Source of the DNA: Winogradskyella sp.
GTDB taxonomy: Bacteria > Bacteroidota > Bacteroidia > Flavobacteriales > Flavobacteriaceae
Direction: 5' to 3'
Length of the DNA stretch: 64,000 nt
Assembly: GCF_003712105.1 (NCBI RefSeq)
Contig: NZ_RHLG01000006.1
Span: forward strand, 19,240 to 83,239
Shown: piece by piece, positions 58,089-64,000 of the stretch
How positions within the stretch are numbered: position 1 is the first letter of the stretch
How the letters are laid out: every line of letters begins with the position of its first letter
Notes under the pieces: model-generated
Seen by the model: the letters and a program-made list of their open reading frames with translations, nothing else
What the model was told of the DNA's origin: nothing
Databases searched by the model: none
Made by a program: the position numbers and the translations under genes

Positions 58089-61000
58089 ATGAACGCTAAA
58101 CCCCTATTATGCGTAGCAATTTTATTGCTAACGTTAACTGCTGGACATTCCCAATCTAGAATTTGGGCAGAAAATGCAAAGTCTGAAAAAGCCAATTCTA
58201 TTGCATCGTTAAAAGAAGGTAAGTATAAACTCTATTCCTTAGATTTTAATAGCTTCAAAGCACAATTACAAGCCGTAAATAGAAGAGGTGAAGGAAAAAG
58301 TGGTGTAAAGGTATCTTTTCCTAATCTTGATGGAAAATTTGAAGAATACAATGTGTTTGAAGCACCTGTATTGTCAGATGAGCTATCTATTCAATACCCT
58401 GATATAAAGACCTATGTTGGTTTCAGTACTGATAAAACATATTCTCGAATTAGATTTAGCGTTACGCCACAAGGCTTACAAACCATGGTGTCTTACCTAG
58501 ATAAACCAACTTCTTTTTTAGTACCTCTTAGAAGAGGAAATAATACGCAATATATTATTTATAATAGAGGCTCAAAAGATTTTGTAGAAAAGGAGTTTGA
58601 TTGCTTTACACCTGATGAAAGAATAAATGATTTAAAGTTTAATCAAAGCAATCATAGAGATGCTAATGACCAAATGTTAAGAACATTTAGAATTGCCGTT
58701 TCTACAACTGCAGAGTATACCAATTTTTGGGATGACGGTAATAATGGTAACGGAAATGCTCAACAAGACGCTCTAGCTCAAATTGTTTCTACTTTAAATA
58801 GAAATAACGAAGTGTTCGAAGTGGACATGGCAGTAACTTTTAATTTAGTAACAGGTACTCAACTTATATACACAAATTCAGGTACAGACCCATACACAAC
58901 AAGTGGTAGTTACAATGGGCAATTACAAACGACCTTAACTAATAATTTTGGAGAAGCAAATTATGATATAGGACATTTATTTGCTTCAGGGTTTAATAGT
59001 GGAAATGCAGGTTGTATAGGATGTGTATGTGTGGATGGAAGTAAAGGAAGTGGTTGGTCTGCGCACACTTGGCAAGATAACGATGGTGGTCCTTACATGA
59101 ATGACTTTTTTGATATCGATTACGTGCCGCATGAGATAGGTCATCAAATGGGTGCAAATCATACTTGGTCTTTTCAGAGTGAAGGCACAGGTGTTAATGC
59201 AGAACCTGGAAGTGGTACCACGATTATGGGTTATGCAGGTATTACAGGTGCTAATGATGTACAAGACCATTCAGATCCATATTTCCATTACTATAGTATT
59301 CAACAAGTATTGGATAATCTTGAAACTAGAACCTGCTGGCAGGGGCAGAGTTCAACTTTAACCAATGAACCACCTGTTGCAGAGGCTGGACCAAACTATA
59401 CAATTCCAGCTGGTACGGCTTTTGTTTTAAGAGGTTCTGCAACTGATGCAGATGCTGGAGATATACTAACGTATAATTGGGAACAAATTGATAATGGTGT
59501 TACGACCTCTGGAAATTTTGGACCGAATAAAACTACTGGAGCCGTTTGGAGATCTAGACCGCCAAGCACAAATCCTGATCGATATATGCCAATTATAGAA
59601 CGTGTAGTTAATGGCCAATTAACAGAAACTAATCCAGTAGAAACAGTTGCTAATACATCATGGGAAACAGTTTCAAACGTTTCAAGATCATTAAATTTTG
59701 CACTCATTGTTAGAGATAGATCCGAGGCTAACGGAGTTGGTCAAAATCCTCAAAGCGATTACGATACAATGACGGTTACTGTTGATGACAATTTTGGACC
59801 TTTTACAGTAACATCACAACCAACTAACGTGACTTGGGACACCGGAACAATTCAAACTGTTACATGGAATGTTGCAGGAACAGATGGCGGTGCTATAAAC
59901 ACTTCAAACGTTAATATTTTACTTTCAATTGATGGTGGTTTTACTTATCCTTACACATTGGCATCAAATGTAGCAAACGACGGTTCTCACGATATTTCGG
60001 TTCCATCTATTGGTAGTAATTCTTCTACAGCTCGTGTAAAAGTAGAGGCAGAAGGAAATATATTCTACGCCATTAATTCGACCAATTTTACAATTCAACA
60101 AACAGAATTTGACTTAACAGTTTCTAATCCTTCAATAGATGTATGTGCTCCTAATGATGCCGTCTATAGTTTTACTTATAACACGTTCTTAGGATTTAGT
60201 GGAACAACAAATTTCTCAGCTAATAATTTGCCTACAGGAGCAAGTATTGTTTTTAGTCCTACTTCAGCTTCTGCAAATGGTACAAATGTTACTGCCACAA
60301 TTTCTGGAACAGGAAGTGTTGCAACAGGGTCTTATAATAACATAGAATTGGTTGGAACCTCTGGCAGTATAACAAAAACTAGTATTGTGAGCCTTAATGT
60401 TTTTGATAGTACTTTTTCGGCACTCAACCTTACATCTCCATCTGATGGTGCAACAGGCGTAAGTCAGTCACCAACACTAGTATGGGATGCTGATGCTAAT
60501 GCATCATCATATGACGTAGAATTAGCAACCGACAATACGTTTACAACTATTGTGAGTTCTGCTAATGTGACAACAACAAGTTATTCGGTATCTGGACTCA
60601 ATCAGACAACGCTTTATTACTGGAGAGTGAAACCAAAAAATAATTGTGGCGAAGGTTCTTTTTCGTCAATATATAGTTTTACTACTTTAAGTTGTACAGC
60701 TTGCCCATCTGTAGCCAACACCATTTTTGAGACGAGTACGACTTTAGTCAATTTTGCGGGTATAAATAATCCATCTGGTAAGCCATCAGGGTATAGTGAT
60801 TATACTAATTTAACGGCCACAGTTGTAGTAAATAACAGTTATGATATAACTGTAAATGTTGATACTGATGGTAATTTTGTTACTCACACTTTGGTATGGA
60901 TAGACTGGAATCAGAACTGTAGTTTTGATGACCCTGGGGAAGAGTATGATTTAGGAACGGCTTTTGGTGAAACTAATGGTGCAACGAGTGATAGCCCTTT

Positions 61001-61412
61001 TTCTATAACTGTTCCGTCTAATGCAGTGTTGGGCAATACTATAATGAGAGTTACTACTAAATATAATTCTGATCCTACATCTTGTGAGAATAATCATGAC
61101 GCCGAAGTTGAAGATTATACAGTTGAAGTTCAGGGTCAGACATTAGAAGCTGGTGATTTTACGTTTGCGAATTTCAATTTGTATCCTAATCCGTCTAATG
61201 GAATAATAAACCTTGTTTTTGATACTATTGACTCTAATAATGTAAAAACAACTTTGTACGACATTAGAGGGAGAAAGGTAAGTGAAAAAGTCTACAGAAA
61301 TGTAACTTCAACTTTTAACGAAGCCCTTAGTTTTAATGCTACCGCAGGTATCTATCTATTAAGGATTGAAAACGGAGGAAGACAATTGACACGTAAAGTG
61401 GTAATTAGATAA
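58089..61412 (+). CDS. Reprolysin-like (M12B) zinc metalloprotease with FN3-like, GEVED and T9SS CTD domains
   Basis: HEIGHQMGANH zincin motif, GTTIMGY Met-turn, YYWRVK, DWNQN...EVEDY, LYPNP...GIYLLRI CTD. Confidence 0.88.
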   Translation: MNAKPLLCVAILLLTLTAGHSQSRIWAENAKSEKANSIASLKEGKYKLYSLDFNSFKAQLQAVNRRGEGKSGVKVSFPNLDGKFEEYNVFEAPVLSDELSIQYPDIKTYVGFSTDKTYSRIRFSVTPQGLQTMVSYLDKPTSFLVPLRRGNNTQYIIYNRGSKDFVEKEFDCFTPDERINDLKFNQSNHRDANDQMLRTFRIAVSTTAEYTNFWDDGNNGNGNAQQDALAQIVSTLNRNNEVFEVDMAVTFNLVTGTQLIYTNSGTDPYTTSGSYNGQLQTTLTNNFGEANYDIGHLFASGFNSGNAGCIGCVCVDGSKGSGWSAHTWQDNDGGPYMNDFFDIDYVPHEIGHQMGANHTWSFQSEGTGVNAEPGSGTTIMGYAGITGANDVQDHSDPYFHYYSIQQVLDNLETRTCWQGQSSTLTNEPPVAEAGPNYTIPAGTAFVLRGSATDADAGDILTYNWEQIDNGVTTSGNFGPNKTTGAVWRSRPPSTNPDRYMPIIERVVNGQLTETNPVETVANTSWETVSNVSRSLNFALIVRDRSEANGVGQNPQSDYDTMTVTVDDNFGPFTVTSQPTNVTWDTGTIQTVTWNVAGTDGGAINTSNVNILLSIDGGFTYPYTLASNVANDGSHDISVPSIGSNSSTARVKVEAEGNIFYAINSTNFTIQQTEFDLTVSNPSIDVCAPNDAVYSFTYNTFLGFSGTTNFSANNLPTGASIVFSPTSASANGTNVTATISGTGSVATGSYNNIELVGTSGSITKTSIVSLNVFDSTFSALNLTSPSDGATGVSQSPTLVWDADANASSYDVELATDNTFTTIVSSANVTTTSYSVSGLNQTTLYYWRVKPKNNCGEGSFSSIYSFTTLSCTACPSVANTIFETSTTLVNFAGINNPSGKPSGYSDYTNLTATVVVNNSYDITVNVDTDGNFVTHTLVWIDWNQNCSFDDPGEEYDLGTAFGETNGATSDSPFSITVPSNAVLGNTIMRVTTKYNSDPTSCENNHDAEVEDYTVEVQGQTLEAGDFTFANFNLYPNPSNGIINLVFDTIDSNNVKTTLYDIRGRKVSEKVYRNVTSTFNEALSFNATAGIYLLRIENGGRQLTRKVVIR

Positions 61413-61443
61413 GCACATAAATTTTACTAAACAACTTAAGTAT

Positions 61444-62034
61444 TTAGAACACCTTATCTAAGAATGCTCTTATACTGTCTTGGTTGGTTTTTATAAGGTG
61501 CTCTCTAGCAGCCTTTATATCGCTTGGCTTTTTATCTTGTGAGAGTTTAAACTTGCCTTCCCAATTGGTAATCGTAATCTCAAACATTTCGATATAGTTG
61601 AGGTTTCTATCTAGTCTTGGGTTATCTGGCTCAAGCACATATTTATGGTCTGGAGCTTCTAAAAACTCAGTCATAGTAATTAAAGACTGTTTAAGTGCAG
61701 CCTTACTTTCAATTGCTTTTACAGAACCTTTAAGATGTACTTTTATATAGTTCCAAGTTGGTAGCTGGGTTGTACCATATACTGTAGGTGAAATATAGCA
61801 TTCAGGTCCAGAAAATAAAATCGTCACCTCATTATTATCCTTTAATAACTGAGCTTGTGGATTGTAAATGTCAATATGTCCAATTAGCTTTTCATTATCG
61901 TAAATGAGTGGTAAATGGGTAATAAGCGGTTGATTGTCCTTTACAGATATTACCGTAGCTAAAGGATACGTTTTAATCACCTCAATCATATGATCAAGGT
62001 TATCGTCTTGATGTAGTTTAGGAGGATAGTTCAT
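61444..62034 (-). CDS. FMN-binding negative transcriptional regulator (PaiB family)
   Basis: THLPL, YISP, LPTWNY..VH, KFKLSQ. Confidence 0.82.
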   Translation of the reverse strand: MNYPPKLHQDDNLDHMIEVIKTYPLATVISVKDNQPLITHLPLIYDNEKLIGHIDIYNPQAQLLKDNNEVTILFSGPECYISPTVYGTTQLPTWNYIKVHLKGSVKAIESKAALKQSLITMTEFLEAPDHKYVLEPDNPRLDRNLNYIEMFEITITNWEGKFKLSQDKKPSDIKAAREHLIKTNQDSIRAFLDKVF

Positions 62035-62478
62035 TTATACACCAAATTGCGTTAAGTGATGGTCCAAATGTTTGTACTGCATTTGGCCCCATTGTTGAGC
62101 TGTAAAATAACCAAATGCAGGATGAGGTGCCCATTCTACCTTGTCTTTTTGCGCATAAGTCTCGTCAATTAAATTCTCTAGTATTGCTTTTTCAGCTTCT
62201 AAATTTTTGCCCTCATTGGTTTTTAAAAACTTAGCGGTTGGCAATCCTTTTTTCCAAGGTGTATCATTGTATAGAGATTTTTTAAAAAACAACTTAGCAA
62301 ACCAGCTTGGTTTCATACCATAGTGATTTTTACCCAAAATAATATTAAGTGGTCCTTGACAATGCCATACCATTTGCCCAACATTCATTTTGCCCCAATT
62401 TGCTTTAGAGTTATCATCGAGTTTACTAATTCTTGCCTTGATTTGATTATAAGTTGTTTCCTCAAAAATAGATTGCAT
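62035..62478 (-). CDS. DUF1569 / DinB-like protein
   Basis: WGKMNVGQMVWHC, HPAFG, KHLDHHLTQFGV. Confidence 0.8.
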   Translation of the reverse strand: MQSIFEETTYNQIKARISKLDDNSKANWGKMNVGQMVWHCQGPLNIILGKNHYGMKPSWFAKLFFKKSLYNDTPWKKGLPTAKFLKTNEGKNLEAEKAILENLIDETYAQKDKVEWAPHPAFGYFTAQQWGQMQYKHLDHHLTQFGV

Positions 62479-62529
62479 AATTATTGATTTAATTGGATGC
62501 TTAAAATTACATTTTTTTATCTTTAGAGC

Positions 62530-63228
62530 ATGTCAGAAATTTCAAATTCCTTCTCAATAAAGCAATGGTCCCAAGATGACCAACCTCGTGAGAAATTGCG
62601 AGATAAAGGAAAATCTATATTAAGTGATGCAGAGTTAATTGCAATACTTATAGGTTCGGGCAGCAGAGAAGAAAGTGCTGTAGATTTAAGCAAACGAATT
62701 TTGGCAAGTGCAAATAATAATCTCAACACACTCGGTAAGCTATCTTTAAAACAATTACAATCGTTTAAAGGAATAGGCGAGGCCAAGGCAATTACTATTG
62801 CTGCAGCTTTAGAACTTGGAAGAAGGCGAAGATTAGAAGATGCTGCTAAGCAAGAGCAAATTACAAGCAGCCGAGATGTTTATAATATTATGCAACCTTT
62901 ACTTGGGGAGTTACATCACGAAGAGTTTTGGATTCTGTATCTTAATAACTCTAATAAAGTACTACATAAACAACAATTAAGTAAAGGTAGTATTACTGGT
63001 ACTTTGGTTGATGTACGTTTGGTACTTAAGCAAGCGTTAGAGGTTGGAGCAGTTGCGATGATTTTGTGTCATAACCATCCATCAGGTACGCTAAGACCAA
63101 GTGAAGCTGATAAAAACATTACTCAGAAATTGAAAGTGGCAACGCAAAGTCTCGATATGAAAGTCTTAGACCATTTAATTATAACCGAGCAAGCTTATTT
63201 TAGTTTTGCAGACGAAGCACTATTGTAA
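62530..63228 (+). CDS. radC: RadC family JAB-domain protein
   Basis: DQPREKL, LSDAELIAILI, HhH GIGEAKA, HNHPSG...D, LDHLII. Confidence 0.93.
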   Translation: MSEISNSFSIKQWSQDDQPREKLRDKGKSILSDAELIAILIGSGSREESAVDLSKRILASANNNLNTLGKLSLKQLQSFKGIGEAKAITIAAALELGRRRRLEDAAKQEQITSSRDVYNIMQPLLGELHHEEFWILYLNNSNKVLHKQQLSKGSITGTLVDVRLVLKQALEVGAVAMILCHNHPSGTLRPSEADKNITQKLKVATQSLDMKVLDHLIITEQAYFSFADEALL

Positions 63229-63230
63229 TC

Positions 63231-64000
63231 ATGTTGCTGGTATATACACATAAAATCACACCACGACTAACCTATACGTTTAAGCATATTTGTAAACGAA
63301 TTTTAGGATTAGAAGTGTCTTTTACTTCTAAGATTGAAGATTTTATTGCGCATAAGTCTATTAAGATGTCTTATGCGAAACAACCCTTGAGTAATGAAAT
63401 ATTTGTTAGAAGCCATGCATTGCTTTTTGAGCAAGGTTTATCTGATATAGATATTTCTGTAAATGATTGGGATAATACCAAAGGGTTTTTTGCTACAGGC
63501 GAGCGTAGTAATTTACCTTACGATATTTTTGCAGCATCTTTCTATTTGCTTAGTAGATACGAGGAATATCTACCCCATGTTAATGACGATTATGGCCGCT
63601 TTTTAGCTTCAGAAAGTTTAGCTAAAAAAGAAGGGTTTTTAAAGCAACCAATTGTTGATGTTTGGGCTTACAAACTGAAGTCTGTCTTGCAGGAACGTTT
63701 CCCAGATTTCACATTTCCAATACGCAAATACAATGTTGACCCAATAATTGATATTCCTATGGCTTACAAATACAGTCATAAAGGATTGTTGAGAACAATT
63801 GGTGGGGTTTTAGGCGATGTATTTCGGTTTAAATTTAGACAATTCTATCAACGTGTTTCTGTATTGCTAGGCTTTCAGAAAGACCCATTTAACACATTCA
63901 ATTGGCTTATAAATAGGCAAAAAAGTGTTGATTTTAAATTCACGGTTTTCTTTTTAGTAGGTGATTATTCTACCTTCGATAAAAATATAAGTACCAATAA
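63231..64000 (+). CDS. Partial CDS (runs off the window), conserved flavobacterial polysaccharide-deacetylase-associated protein
   Basis: Not in the ORF track. ATG 2 nt after the radC stop, open to the window end: MLLVYTHKITPRL...DIFAASFYLLSRYEEYL...GRF...PIVD. Confidence 0.7.
   Translation, partial: MLLVYTHKITPRLTYTFKHICKRILGLEVSFTSKIEDFIAHKSIKMSYAKQPLSNEIFVRSHALLFEQGLSDIDISVNDWDNTKGFFATGERSNLPYDIFAASFYLLSRYEEYLPHVNDDYGRFLASESLAKKEGFLKQPIVDVWAYKLKSVLQERFPDFTFPIRKYNVDPIIDIPMAYKYSHKGLLRTIGGVLGDVFRFKFRQFYQRVSVLLGFQKDPFNTFNWLINRQKSVDFKFTVFFLVGDYSTFDKNISTN

Noticed and set aside
43908-61412. A2M and reprolysin protease as an inhibitor-protease pair
   Set aside because: They are 8 kb apart, separately transcribed, and show no shared regulatory motif
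1047-62786. Short alternative-frame ORFs in the track (e.g. 7082-7708, 16726-17136, 45802-46245, 55591-55968)
   Set aside because: They lie within or antisense to well-supported genes, have no motifs, and look like shadow ORFs
62530-63228. radC as a marker of a mobile or anti-restriction island
   Set aside because: Full-length form with an N-terminal HhH region in a core-gene context; no integrase or boundary repeats
63501-63509. GAGCGTAGT, a partial match to the hairpin core
   Set aside because: Lacks the CGA end and any flanking stem; a 9-nt match can arise by chance

Overview
AT-rich, gene-dense, mostly core chromosomal segment of a marine Flavobacteriaceae bacterium (Winogradskyella-like; an inference from gene content, gene order and TAnnTTTG promoter boxes). 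About 49 intact CDS: porU-porV (T9SS attachment), cdd, pdhA-pdhC, mlaE/mlaF, pafA, fabH-like, gcvP, an ECF sigma/anti-sigma pair, a GbsR-regulated methyltransferase cluster, dcp, purK/purE, an hpt-adk fusion, obgE, alpha-2-macroglobulin, a TetR-ABC-HlyD-TolC exporter, mpl, a reprolysin-type protease and radC. I found no rRNA, tRNA, CRISPR array, transposase or phage genes. The most striking signal not explained by the ORF track is a family of short hairpins, N4-GAGCGNAGTCGA-N4' with co-varying stems. Seven copies sit in frame inside three unrelated genes (pdhC x2, dcp x1, alpha-2-macroglobulin x4) and are translated in four different frames. A second GTCA-led REP-like family forms an intergenic inverted doublet. 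Other notable items are a T9SS cargo fusing an FG-GAP/ASPIC-UnbV propeller to a vanadium haloperoxidase-type domain, a T9SS cargo with a recently duplicated 660-bp unit, twin GbsR operator palindromes, and an ABC exporter with a degenerate ATPase site. All family assignments come from motif recognition by eye; no database searches were run.
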